Below, in pieces: positions 50,762-63,443 of a stretch of 64,000 nucleotides of DNA. Location of the stretch: positions 7,874,001 through 7,938,000 of the forward strand of contig JAQFVV010000004.1 in the NCBI GenBank assembly GCA_028023455.1, in the 5' to 3' direction. A model generated the notes under the pieces. The model ran no database searches. It saw only the letters and a list, made by a program, of their open reading frames with translations, and was not told the DNA's origin. Made by a program: the position numbers and the translations under genes. Source of the DNA: Epiperipatus broadwayi. Lineage: Eukaryota; Animalia; Onychophora. Within the stretch, counting starts at the first letter, position 1. The number at the start of each line of letters is the position of its first letter.

Positions 50762-53700
50762 AGAAAAAATAGGTTTAATACTACTAGATGTCAAATAATA
50801 GTCAGCTTCTCTATTCTTTGTATAATTTGAATGGTGTATTTGTTTATTATGTTCACAGTTACAGAGAGACTCCAGTTTGATTTATAATGTACATTAATGG
50901 TGGGAGTGTTTAATATTTATTTATTTACTTTGAATGATAAGGAATTAATAATGTAAAGGTTGTTTAAAATAATACAGTATGTATATCCTTTACATAATTA
51001 ATTAGTACTTTATAAGTAATATTGCCTTATTTAAATCTGGCTTAGATATCAATTACACTTCTAAATTTCAGTATTACTAACAAACTAAATTTAATAACAC
51101 TGGAATGCAAAGAATAAATGGGCACTCTATTCTTTTTATAGTTTACATAGAAGTGACAGAGAATAGTTAATTTGACTGGTAATAAATTATCAATATAAAA
51201 GTTTTTAAAATAAGATACTGTTTTTATTCTATATATCACTATGTAATAAATAATATTGCCTTATGCAGATTTTGTTTAAATACCAGTTCCAATCCTTAAA
51301 TTTCAATATATTAGCAAACAAAGTTTAATTCCAACACAGTAGGCATTCTATTTTTTGTATACATTGTCAATATAGATGTTATTATGTTTGTTATTTTTGC
51401 TAAAAGAAGATGATAAATTCCAGTTAAGCTTATATATATTGTAGCTGCTGCGATGGGCACAACCAAGCCAATCAAGGCTAAATTGCAAGACAACAAAAAG
51501 TGTGAAAGCAATAATCAAATAATAATAATAGCAATGATAATATAACCACTGATCTCAATCTGCTAATAAATAAATACTTATTAATTAATAATTTCCCAGC
51601 TCAGAATAATAATAGCAATAATAATAAATTGACTCATGAGACTGTGTTCCTCTCATACCAAGATGTACCGACTGCCTTAAAGTCAAATAAGTATCAAAGA
51701 CAGATACTCGACTGCATAGAAATACCATTGAATTCCAACCCTTTGAGAATTACAATCATATCTCTATCACTAACTATAATAATCCTATTCAATTAAATAT
51801 TTAAGAATAATAATATTAAAATTTATTATAAGAATAAATCTATATTTTAATTTTAATTTGAAGTAAATCTTGATCTAAATCTTTATTGTACTTTAATCTT
51901 TATCTCAGGGATATCATATTACAGAAGGAACAAAGCATGGAGTATTCGATAATAAAGGGCAATTTTATGGAAATCCAATAATCCAGACAAAATTTAGAAA
52001 AATGTAAAATAATAATATTATTAAACAAACTATAATAACTTTATTACATCTCCTCTGCCATTGCCTTTCCCTTCAACCTTATAGAGACCTTATAGCCTCT
52101 ATGCTAAAAAACAAAATGCCTAAATTATCAACACTTATTGACAACATACTACGTGGATCCATCCCAGAAATATGTTCATCAACATTCATATTATTTTCGC
52201 TATGTTTCACTCATTGCTGGCTCACCTTTAATCATGTCCTGGATCATCCACTTGATTTATATATAGAAAAAATTAAAAAAATTTGGAAGAGAGACTAGAA
52301 TTTGGTCCCCCCTACATCTTTGAAGCCACATGGAAGTTGATTGTTATACCTCTCTAAGGCTAACCCCTTTTAGATCCAGATAGAAACTACCTATACTGGA
52401 AACAATTAAAAACAGATTTAAGTGCATCCATTCAGGATTGACTACTATTTGCTCCAATCCTCAAGCCTATATCTTTGACCCTGGATATGAGGACACTGAC
52501 ATCCATTATGAAGAGTCTGATTTATCTATGTAATGCCATGAATTTTGCATGGACAAAACTTTGATGTCATCTTTGTACATTTTGAGTCATGCAAGCTTAA
52601 TCATCTATCTCCAAGATACCAAACCCTGGATCCTTCCCATTGTTCCTATGGATCACTATAGTCATCTTATGCAGGACATGTCATCATTGAACTTTTTTCT
52701 TCTTTGAATACCATTTAATGAATCCTATTTTAAATCTTATCATAAAAGTTGTAACCAAATAACAAAATAAAATTCCATATATTTTATAAAAAAAAAAAAC
52801 TATAATAACTTTGCTCTGCAATATGATAAGTAAACTGTAAAAATAATTACTTTAGGTGTTATAGGATTTTGTAAATCAATTAAAGAAAGATCTATAATTT
52901 AAGAAATGTAATATAATATAATTTGGATTATTAAAATAATAATAAAAAAATCACCTCTCCTAATGATCGTTGATGATGATAATAATAACCTTGAATATTA
53001 TGAAAATAATATTATGACTCTTATGCTGCAAATGTTTGAATAAAATTATTATCTTCTTTAAGAAAGTAATTTGCATAAAGATATCCAAAATAGCTCTGCT
53101 TACACACCTTAAAATAATAATAAGTTCTGTATTTGTATGCAAAATAAGTCTAATAATAATAGTAATGATTGTCATTAGTTTGAAACACACAACAAAAATT
53201 ATTAAGTTTATTATGAAATGAACATATGTGTTAAACCACTAAACATCACATGATCACCATCTCTGCTCTTCACTGACAAAGACCACAAGCCTGAAACTAG
53301 TCTGGGGATATTGGATGAGTAGGCACTAGATAGGGATTTTGTGCACAAGCCCTCTGGGATCCATTGATTACTCCGGTTGGCACAGGGTCCACACTAGTTT
53401 TGCCTTGTTTTTGAACATATGTGACCATTGAAGATGATAACTCTTGTGCATGATAATTTATGAACCAATTATCATATACCTCTTGATAAAAATAATCATT
53501 TTCATAAGTATAATACACATATTAAATAGAATGATTTATTATAAGTGTGCAATAAAGTAAATACTGAATTTAATCAGTGTCTGTAATGAATGATAAATAG
53601 AAATATGGAAACATAAATAACGTCAAACTACATAATTTTAAATTCTACCAAAAATCAATTTATTTACAAAACATTATTTAAAATTTACAAATCAATATTT

Positions 53701-54379
53701 AAGTTTTATTTTATAACACACAAAATATAAGCAATTTTCGATTAACATGACTATTTACAAATTCCAATAAAATGATTTTATAGTTCCAAATACAAGGAAC
53801 AAGATATCAGTTTAGTAATACATCCATCTTTCCAAAAACCAATTTACTTAACCTTTTGTTATAAAACTATAATTATTTATTAATAACACTATATATTTCA
53901 AAGTGGGAAAATATTTGAATTACAGCTGGTACAATCTAAATTATCATATTATATCTTCCCTTTTTACTTTACATAAAGCAAAACAACCAATATAAAATAT
54001 TGTTATATCTTTGTGGATTCTATAAATTACTATTTACCTTAATGAAAAGCAGGTTTTATGTTTTCCATAATAGTTTTAAGGTTACTTTATTAAGTTAACC
54101 AGAAAATAATTAAACATATATGCTATTTTGATTAACTACTAATTACTTGGCAATAGTTAAACTTGTAAAATATAAATTTTTAAATATTATTCCATATGCA
54201 TAAAATAAAAGAAGGATTTTGAACTAAAGAATAGCCTAAATCATATCTCACATTAACATACAGGTTTAAAATTAGCATATAGAAATTACTCCTATCATAA
54301 TTATTCCCTTTTTTTTAAAGAATTGCATTTTTCTTAAAATAGCAATTATTAAACATCTTTCAAAAATTAATTGCAATTT

Positions 54380-54860
54380 AATTATCTGTTTCCATTGCTC
54401 TCGGGATTATTTACCAAAATCACGATTATGCACTTGGAAATATTTAAATATTTATTATTAAATTTTGCTTATGTGTGACGCTAACTAACATTCATAAAAC
54501 TAACAATCTTATACTCATAGAGGTCATAAATCCAAGGCTTTGTATCTATGTAAACATATACAAGCTTATGAGGATGAAATAACTTTTCTCAAGATTTTCA
54601 AATATATATCATTGCTAAATTAGATGTGATGTCTGTAACCAGGTTCTTTATAGAAGCACTTTTAATAATTATAATATAAGAATTTCATGGGAATTATATC
54701 AAATGGCCAATCTGCATTCATGACTAAAAGACCTATGTTCTCCATATGACTTACACTATGCACTATAGGAATAAAACATAAAGACTGAATACCCATGTGA
54801 ACCCAAACACTTACATTTGACATGAAATCCTTAGGTTTAAACACCACAAGCACATCTAAG
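54380..54860 (-). pseudogene. Possible decayed Gypsy-type integrase
   Basis: IGLLVMNADWPFDIIPMKF (G.L.P...PF..I.MDF-like) followed ~280 nt downstream by NPESNG (HPQSNG-like). Confidence 0.35.
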
Positions 54861-54954
54861 AAGTAAACTGAAAATATGACATCTTAATACATTTTATAAT
54901 AACAGCTGAAATGTTCCTCAGAACTAAAACATAAAATTCCACCACAAAAATTAA

Positions 54955-56736
54955 GGTACTTACGGATAATTTGCCTGATGATGTATTTGACCCACCGGTT
55001 TCCCTTCCGGTAGGCATCGACAATCTTTGTATGACAACGTTGTCATGGCAACGAAGTGACTGGCATGATTAATCCATCAGAGAGTCAATTTTTTTTTTTT
55101 TTTAACCGCGAGATTTAAAATTCGGAGAGAGATTTGGGAAATTTTTTGATTTTTCTGTCTATTGTGATTTTGCTATCCACTTGATCACAGTGATTTTTTT
55201 CAGCACTTCCATTGCGTTTTTGATATTTTACTTTGTGATATGGCTGAAGCTCCAAGAACCTTGTTTAGTTTACCGAGTATGGAGGAAGAAGCGATCATCT
55301 TCTTACAAGACCGCGGTCTTCTCCCCAAAAGGAAATTATGTCAAAATGGGCATGAAATGAAAAAGTATATTCACAATTCCAAGAAACAATGGCGATGTAA
55401 CTTGAAGGATTGCCTGTCAGAAATTGCAATTAGAAAAGGAACGTGGTTTGTCGGCTCCAAAATGACTTTCGTGACCGCTATATGTTTCATCTATAGTTGG
55501 TCCAAAGAATTAACATCGATAACATTTTGTGCGGAGGAATTGAATATTTCGGACAAAACTGTTATCGATTGGAACAACTACCTCCAGGAAGTTTGTACCT
55601 GGAGATTGTTAAGAAATGAAAGGCGGAAAATCGGAGGTCCCAACACAATCGTTGAGATTGATGAAAGCCTCTTCACAAAATGGAAGAACAATGCTGGAAG
55701 AGTCCTACCACAGCAATGGCTATTTGGTGGCGTGTGCAGAGAGACTGAGGAATGCTTTATTGTAGCCATTCGAGATAGAAGTGCGTCTACTCTCATGCAA
55801 GAAATTTTGCAAAATGGACACGAAGGCTCGACTATCTACAGCGATTGCTGGAAGGGATACAAGAGCGAAGAGTTAGCTGAGGCTGGATACGAACACCATC
55901 ATGTTAATCACACATACAACTTCGTAGACCCCACAACTGGTGTATATACACAGAATGTTGAAAGGTTGTGGGGTTTGGTCAAATGGCGTAATAAAAAACA
56001 CAGAGGGACAGCACGTCAGCACCTGGACTCATATTTGAGCGAGTTTATGTGGAGGCAGTCGTACAAAGCTGATCCTTTCGCTGCAATTTTAGAACATATA
56101 TCCCAATTCAGTCCTCCACAGTGAACGCTATTTGTAAGTAATTTTAATTTTTTTTATAATAATTATAATTTTAGAATTAATTATATTATTGAATATAGAC
56201 AATAAGTAATCCAAATGCATGTAAAAGTAACGTCACCATTAATGCCATATTCGCATTAAATCTTTATTTTAAATGTACAAACAATTTTTGTTAATATTTC
56301 TTCAATTATCAAACTTCCACTTCATTATGTTTCATTTGTAAATAATTTTCAATAATTTTTTTAATAAAATTACCAATATACAGTCCGTTTTTAAAATTAC
56401 CAAATGCTTGTAGAAAGTACGGCCTCTTACACCACATTTTATACAAGATGGCCATTAATGGTAGATTCGCATTAACTTTTTTTTTTAAAAATTTACAAAA
56501 AAATTTTTTTTTTATATTTCTTCAATTATCACATGATAACCCGATGACGTATTACCCTGAAGGCATACCGATTTAATGTTGCGCTTTTTAACGTGACATG
56601 TTCACGTGATATGCGGACACATCTTAGCGAGTAGATGTGTCTGCAGATCACTTGGAGACGTTATCTTAAAAATCGCAACATTAGACCGGTATGCCTTCAG
56701 GGTAATACGACATCAGGCAAATTATCCGTAAGTACC
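54955..56736 (+). mobile_element. Merlin (IS1595/IS1016-related) DNA transposon, complete, 1782 bp
   Basis: Perfect 26-bp TIR GGTACTTACGGATAATTTGCCTGATG / CATCAGGCAAATTATCCGTAAGTACC; 8-bp TSD AAAATTAA / AAAATGAA; single transposase ORF. Confidence 0.95.
55240..56124 (+). CDS. Merlin/ISXO2-like DDE transposase, 294 aa
   Basis: N-terminal Cys motifs (CQNGH...WRC...C); IVEIDES, YSDCWKGY, VNHTYNFVDPTTG, TQNVERLW, YLSEFMWR. Confidence 0.93.
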   Translation: MAEAPRTLFSLPSMEEEAIIFLQDRGLLPKRKLCQNGHEMKKYIHNSKKQWRCNLKDCLSEIAIRKGTWFVGSKMTFVTAICFIYSWSKELTSITFCAEELNISDKTVIDWNNYLQEVCTWRLLRNERRKIGGPNTIVEIDESLFTKWKNNAGRVLPQQWLFGGVCRETEECFIVAIRDRSASTLMQEILQNGHEGSTIYSDCWKGYKSEELAEAGYEHHHVNHTYNFVDPTTGVYTQNVERLWGLVKWRNKKHRGTARQHLDSYLSEFMWRQSYKADPFAAILEHISQFSPPQ

Positions 56737-58556
56737 AAAATGAATAAATGCCCAATAGTAGGACTATACACTTTAACATTACTACAATGCACTAGCATAA
56801 CTTAATGGGATAATAACATACACAGAGAGCAAAGAAAAATTTACACATGTAAGTAAGTGTTTCATAAAATAATTTATTATCTAAAATATAAAAATCATGA
56901 CTATGCTAATAATTAATCTCTAAATAAACATCTTTCAGTCAGAAGCATATATTCATTATAACTTTAAAATAGCAATTTGCAAGATATGAGGAATAATTTT
57001 TCAGAACAAAACCCTCTAGGTTATTTTACCTTTTTAAATTTGAAATAGAAGAATATTAAACAAACAAAATAAGCATATATTAAAACAAACAATAAAAATT
57101 ACCAATAAATGTTATAATTCAATAACGCTTGTCAGTGATGTTCTATTTAAATATAAAATAAATCATCATTTACAACACTTTAAATATATTTCCAAATATA
57201 AATAAATCTATTATATACTAAATTATAGTATATTCACATATATAATACCTATTAAAAATTCAAATGATAAATATAAAACATTAAATGTAAATTTCTTTAA
57301 ATATAGCAATTCCAAAAAATGAAATTAATAAAAGTTAATTTTCTTTTACCAAAACACATCCTGAAATGTAAGCTAAACAGAAGTTTTTTTTCCTTCTCGT
57401 GATATTGGAAATACTTCTGCTCAAAACAATGTTGATAAATTCTAAGACTAGAAATGGCAAATATCCTTTTTTCTTGAATAAAGTTACTGAACTATCTGTA
57501 TGTAATTTTGTAGTATTATAGTTCTTTTAATATTCAAAACAAACAATTCATAACTCAGTAAAAAGAAAGCTTTCCATTTATAAAGGGTTTCAATTAGAAG
57601 TAAATATGTGTTATCATTTATAACTTGCTGTAGTTAGCTGAATTAAATTTAGACACATTTTATTTCTCCAAAGTATAAATTTAAGATAAGTTTCCACAAT
57701 TTTTTTTTTCTATTTTTTTAAAAAAAAAATAGAATAATATATTGTTATAATAAATATTAGCTCAAACATAACTTAGATCTCTAGCCATTCTATGATAAAT
57801 ATCACAGCATATGATATGCATGAGTTAACAAAGTCACTTTTAAATGTTTCTTTTCTTTATGTTGTAAGTTGTTAAAATATTATTGACAATACAAGAATAA
57901 AGAATTATGATAACAGTTCCATAGCAAAATACTAAATAAGAGATTAAACAGTTCAATTGAGTAGTTAATACTAAGTTATTTAAGAATAATGCAAAAGTTA
58001 GTAAGCAAAGAAAACAAATACAAGTCAATTCTTTAATACTTTTACTTAAAATAATAATTATTGTTAGCAAATTAAATATTGCAAAATAACACACATGCAA
58101 GTACATATATACACATATACCATTAGAACTGTTTTAATTAAATAATGCTTTGTTTCTTACATATTATCTAATGATTTATTTACAATATTTTAAGTTAACT
58201 AACTTTATAGATTTAATTGATAACTATTAAAATTTAGATTTACTTACAATAAAAACTACACTATTTTAATAAATATTAGTACATTATTTATACTTTAAAC
58301 AACATTATTAAAATTTGTACTTATAACAGACTACTAATATGCATTTTAAATATTACTTAATGCATTAATAACATTATATAAAGTAGTTTTAAGTTCAATT
58401 GCTATAATTTTAGTTTTACAAGGTTACAAAGAATATTACTGGATAGAAATTTAAATTTTTTACTATTTTGTGCATCTAACCATTTTAATTAAGGCTCAAT
58501 TAAAATGGGTACAATATATATAATAAATTAAGTTTGATGTCTGTATTATTTCCAAA

Positions 58557-59763
58557 ATATATGTAATTTCAAATTTATATATATTAAATATAGTAATATT
58601 CATATAATTTAACTTATTCTATTAGAAGTACTTCGACTGTATTCCTTTTAGTATTTGTTAACTATATAGCATTGAATAATCAAAACAACATTTCATAACT
58701 CCCATAATTCCATTCAGTTCATCCATAATTCTGCTATCTTAATGTTTGATGATTGGTGATTTATTAACATTTGACAATTTCTTGAAATAAATATAGTCTA
58801 TTTTATTTTACGTTTATTGAGGCAATGTATAATTTGTATAACTTTTATATTTTTATAACCAAATTTAAAACTGTATTTACAAGTTTTATTATGATCAAGA
58901 TGATAGTTTATTTTTATCTTTTCCTGATTGTTTGTCTTTTTGAACTCTTTTATATAAAAGCATATGTTCTTTCATCTTTTTCTAATGCACATTTAGATTC
59001 TCCGATATATTGTAAACCACATTTGCATATTAATTTATTTTTAAAAAAAATCAAGTCAGATGTCACATGACCTAATTTAATAAGCTTGTATTACAAATGT
59101 TATATATAGAGCTTGTTAAGAGCTTATTTGCAAGTTCTATATATAATATTAATTTATATATAATACAATTTTTATTTGAATTTAAATAATACAAATAGAC
59201 TAATTAACAACTCTAAAAGCAAAAATTTAAGTTTTAATCAAAATTGTATTGTATATAAATTAATATGTAAATGTGGTGTACAATATATATCAGTGAATTT
59301 AAATGTACATTAAAAAAAGAATAAAAGAACATATGCTTTTATATAAAAGAGTTCAAAAATATAAACAATCAGGAAAAGATTAAAATAAACCTTCATTATC
59401 TGTTATATGTGATCATAATAAAACTTGTAAACAGAGTTTAAATTTAATTATAAAAACATAAAAATTATATAAATTGAATGTTGCCACAATAAATGTAAAA
59501 TAAAAGAGGTCATATTAATTTCAAGAAATCATCAAATGTTAGTAAATCATCAATCATCAAACATTAAAATAACAGAATTGTGGGGGAACTGAATGGAATT
59601 ATGGGAGTTGTGAAATGATGTCTCATTTTGATTATTCAACATTTGTTATATTATATAGTTGACAAAGACTAAAAGGAATCCAGTCAAAAGTACTTCTAAT
59701 AGAAGAAGTTAAATTATATGAATATTACTGTATTTAATAGATATAAATTTGAATATTACATAC
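58557..59763. mobile_element. Second head-to-head inverted Penelope-like pair (decayed GIY-YIG plus 3' region)
   Basis: 58557-59040 is the reverse complement of ~59245-59763; translations KLICKCGLQYIGESK (-) and IVYKLICKCGVQYISEFKCTLKKRIKEH (+); hammerhead remnants at ~58622-58665 and ~59655-59700. Confidence 0.82.
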
Positions 59764-60416
59764 ATATATATATATATATGAAGTATATAGAAATGAAACA
59801 TTAAAATATTGGAATGGCAGGATATAAAAAAAAGCATGAAAGTGAATTATTAAAAAAAAACTGAAATATTTAAATAAAAGTCATTAAAAATGGAATTATC
59901 AATATTAAAATATTTAACTACTCCAAAATAAAGATTTTTAAATGAATGGGTAGAAATTTACTTATTAATACAAATTCCTATCAATTTCTGATAGGATAAT
60001 TTAAGTCAGACACTTGAGATAGAATTACCAAGATAAAAATTTCAATAAATTTGAAAATGATTAAAAATTTAAAGAAAAAGGTTGTAAAAATACAAAGGCT
60101 GGAAATAGTGCTACAAATAGAATGAGGTATCTGACCTGAGTAAATACTATGAAACAATAATATAAACAGAATGTCTATTATTTATAAGGAAATAAAACAT
60201 AAATGGAACAGAAGTACTGAGAACAATATAATTGCAATAATGAACTTATGAGAATTGAATTGAGAAATTACTTGTGAAAAAAAGTCAAAGAGTTTATTCT
60301 TTGGAGTATAAGAAATGACAAAACTGGATCCCAGTAGATGAGCCTAGAGCTACAGAATCTGATATCTACCACTACAACAAAAACACAATGGTTATTTTAG
60401 ATTTAATTATAAAGAG

Positions 60417-61710
60417 ATCATCATCATTTTTATCCATGATCAAACTTCTGCAAAATGAAGGTCTCTCCAAGTTCAATCCATCTTCTCTGATCTCTCACCT
60501 CTCTTCTCCACATCACACCAGCATACTTTCTTATTTTATCCATCTAACTCACATGTGATCTCTTTCTAAGTTTTTTATAATCTCTTGGGAATATAGTTTA
60601 AAATTTTCAATTGCTCATCTATTAGGATCTCTTCTAGCAATATGTCCATCCCAACTCTATTTCAGTCTCCTAATTCTTTCAATGATGTCAGTAATCCCTG
60701 TTAGTTCACTCACTATTTGATCTCTTCTCATGCACAACTCTCCATATTTTGTTGAATGGTCTGACATCTCTGTATTGCTCTTTTGTTATGAGTCCAAGCC
60801 TCAGATCCATAAGTAAGAACTGTTAAAACACATTTATTAAAAACCTACCTTTTCAAAAACATAGGCACATTTCCTTTTAATAATGTTATTTCTACCAAAA
60901 TCACTCCAACTAAATTTAATTCTATGATTATCTTTATCCATTATGTCTCCATTTGTAGTCATAATTTTGGCCAAGGTATTTATAATTATTAACTTCTTAC
61001 AACTTATCATTAGCAATCTTTATTTTTTTCTTGATAAAAATCCATTGAACATTACTTTAGTCTTTTTAACACTTACCGTTAATCCTATGCTCTTACTTTC
61101 ATTTGATAACTTTTGCAATATTTTCTGAAGCTCTAAAGCATTATTTTCAAAAACAGTTATGTCATCTGCAGAACCTAAATGACTAAAATAATCTTCATTT
61201 ACTTTTATACCATTAGCTTCTCTTTTTAATCAACAAAATACTTCTTGCAAACTTACTCTAAAAAGTTTTGGAGATATGGAGTCACTCTGTTGTACACCCT
61301 TCTCAATTCTAATTTTTTAGTATTATTATATAATCTAATTGTTGTTGTTACATTTTTATAAATATTCTTTCGAATATGAAGGTATCCGGTATCTACATCT
61401 TGATAATCCAATGCTTTAATAACTAAAGAAATCCTTATATAATCAAATGCCTTTTCATAGTTTACAGATCAAAAGCAAAATGGCGATTCATATTCATTGG
61501 TCCTTTATATAATTTCTCTCAATATTTGCATATGATCCACTGTATTTAAAACCATATTTAAATCCAGCTTATTTTTTCAGTTGATTAAAATCCAAAGTTC
61601 ACTGTAAATGAGTTGCTATTATTTTGTTAAATTTTTTTTATTAAACTGATAAAAGACTGATAGTCTGTAATTTCTGATATCTTCTTTATCATCTTTTTTA
61701 ATTGCACTAT
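60417..61710 (-). pseudogene. Decayed RTE-clade LINE RT with (GAT)n tail
   Basis: KKDDKEDIRNYR, YEKAFD, GVQQSDSISPKLF, SADDI, YLGQ, TYGSEAW, GHIARR; tail ATGATGATGAT at 60427-60417. Confidence 0.82.
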
Positions 61711-61760
61711 AAATTCATCAATACTCCTTCAACATTTTAAGCAAATAACTTTATTTATAT

Positions 61761-61798
61761 ATTACAGTTTCGACTGTACTAGCAGTCTTCATCAGAAC
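61761..61798 (-). ncRNA. Minimal type I hammerhead ribozyme (family B)
   Basis: GTT-CTGATGA-A-GACTG-ctagta-CAGTC-GAAA-C-t-GTA-AT; stem I is weak; AATAAA 8 nt downstream. Confidence 0.7.
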
Positions 61799-61897
61799 TA
61801 CAACATAAAAAATTAGACAAATATTATATCAATACAACCAAAATTATTATTCTTCATATTTCCATATAAAAGTAAAATAAAACAAAATAATATAAAG

Positions 61898-62897
61898 CAA
61901 AAACAACTCAATCCAAACCCTTTCAAACAAAATCCTCCCAAATCTTTCAAAAACCCAACACATAAAAATTAAACTACAAAAAATATAATATTAAAATATA
62001 TATATAATAATAATAACAAACTAATAATAAAAAAATAACAATAAAAATAAAAAATAAAAAATAACAATAAAAATAAAAAATAACAAAAACATTTTAAAAT
62101 CATTTTTAAATTATTCTTCAAAATGACAAACAAATAAATGTATTAAAACAATTCAAATTTTATCATCAAACCATTAAAAACAAAACCCTTAAAACCCATT
62201 AAACCAATAATCTAAAATTTAATATCAAAAATTATCATTTTTATCATAACTAATTACATATATAAGACCAAAAACCCAAATACCCAAAAAACAAAAATTA
62301 AAATTAAAATTAAAAAATAAACTTAAAAATAAAAATAAAAATTAAAAATTAAAAAATAAAAAATTAAAAATCAAAATATTAAAAATCAAAAAATTAAAAA
62401 TCAAAAATCAATAAACAAAATATTAAAAATCAATAAACAAAATATTAAAAATCATATACCAATATTCTAATAAAATCAAAAAACAAAATATTAAAAATCA
62501 AAAACCAATATACTAAAATAATTTCCCCCCTTTTTTTATACACTCCCATTTCCACACTACTTACTTCATTCTACACCTTCATACCTTCCCCTTAATTCCC
62601 TTCCTCATATATATCCTAATACTCCCTACCATTTTTTCCTATTTAACTACCATCTTACAATATTTAATATCAATACAAACTTAACTATGTTACCTTAATA
62701 TTCCTTCTACCTTCACCTTTCCCACCATCTTTTTTTATTAACCACTTCTCAACTTCCTCTCTTTTCCCATCAACTAACTCCCCCTATTAACCACTTCTAC
62801 TACTAAATTACTTTAACTTTTAATTCTTTATTAACCACTTCTCAACTTCCTTCTCTTTCCCCATCACCTAGCTCCCTCTATTAACCACTTCTATTTA
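61898..62897. repeat. Extremely G-depleted 1-kb tract with internal tandem repeats
   Basis: Manual count: 5 G in 1000 nt, none in 62267-62688. AATATTAAAAATC repeats, and a ~65-bp unit duplicated at 62735-62799 / 62828-62893. Confidence 0.85.
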
Positions 62898-63443
62898 GTC
62901 ATTTGGTACTGAGGTGAAATTTTTCTACTTCATAATATAATAATGTATATTTGTAGTTATATCTATTTTTTATCATATAGTATATATTGTATTTGTTAAT
63001 AGAATTTATATAATTATTAAATAAATTGTTGAAAATAGATTGGTAACTTTAATAGTGAGTGATCAAAATCTAATTGAAACATATTTTTTTAAAAAATAGA
63101 CTCTGGTATGTTAATGTCAGGAAATGAGGTGTGTTATTATGAAAGTATGTTTCAGCAAAGGATTTAATCTAGATTTTGTAAATGGCAATAAGTTCCTAAT
63201 TGCATGTAACAAAATAAACTGTTAATAAGTTGAATAAACACAGGTAAGAAAATAAGACTTGAAGGTGAAATAAAAAAATTAATTATTTAGTGGCTTCATC
63301 TTTATTGTGTATGTTAACAAAATTAGAAATAAAGTGGGAAATTCCCAATATGAAAAGGTTAAGTAATGGGAGGAGGGAGAATTTCTTCAAGTACTATAAA
63401 AAGGAATGTTTTTTTTTAAAAAGATACTTGTTTGTTTTAATAT

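Noticed and set aside
51017-51264. 14-bp direct repeat TAATATTGCCTTAT flanking 220 bp
   Set aside because: No TIR, tail or family similarity inside, so it cannot be called an insertion.
53297-53518. 73-aa ORF as possible Gypsy RT remnant
   Set aside because: Resemblance to RT motifs is too weak to call without a profile search.
55240-56124. Bacterial IS1595 contamination
   Set aside because: The element is embedded with a TSD in eukaryotic repeat DNA and has Merlin-type TIRs and N-terminal Cys motifs.
62735-62893. Four ATTAACCACTTCT repeats resembling a CRISPR array
   Set aside because: Spacers are themselves duplicated (a two-unit tandem duplication), the context is eukaryotic, and there are no cas genes.
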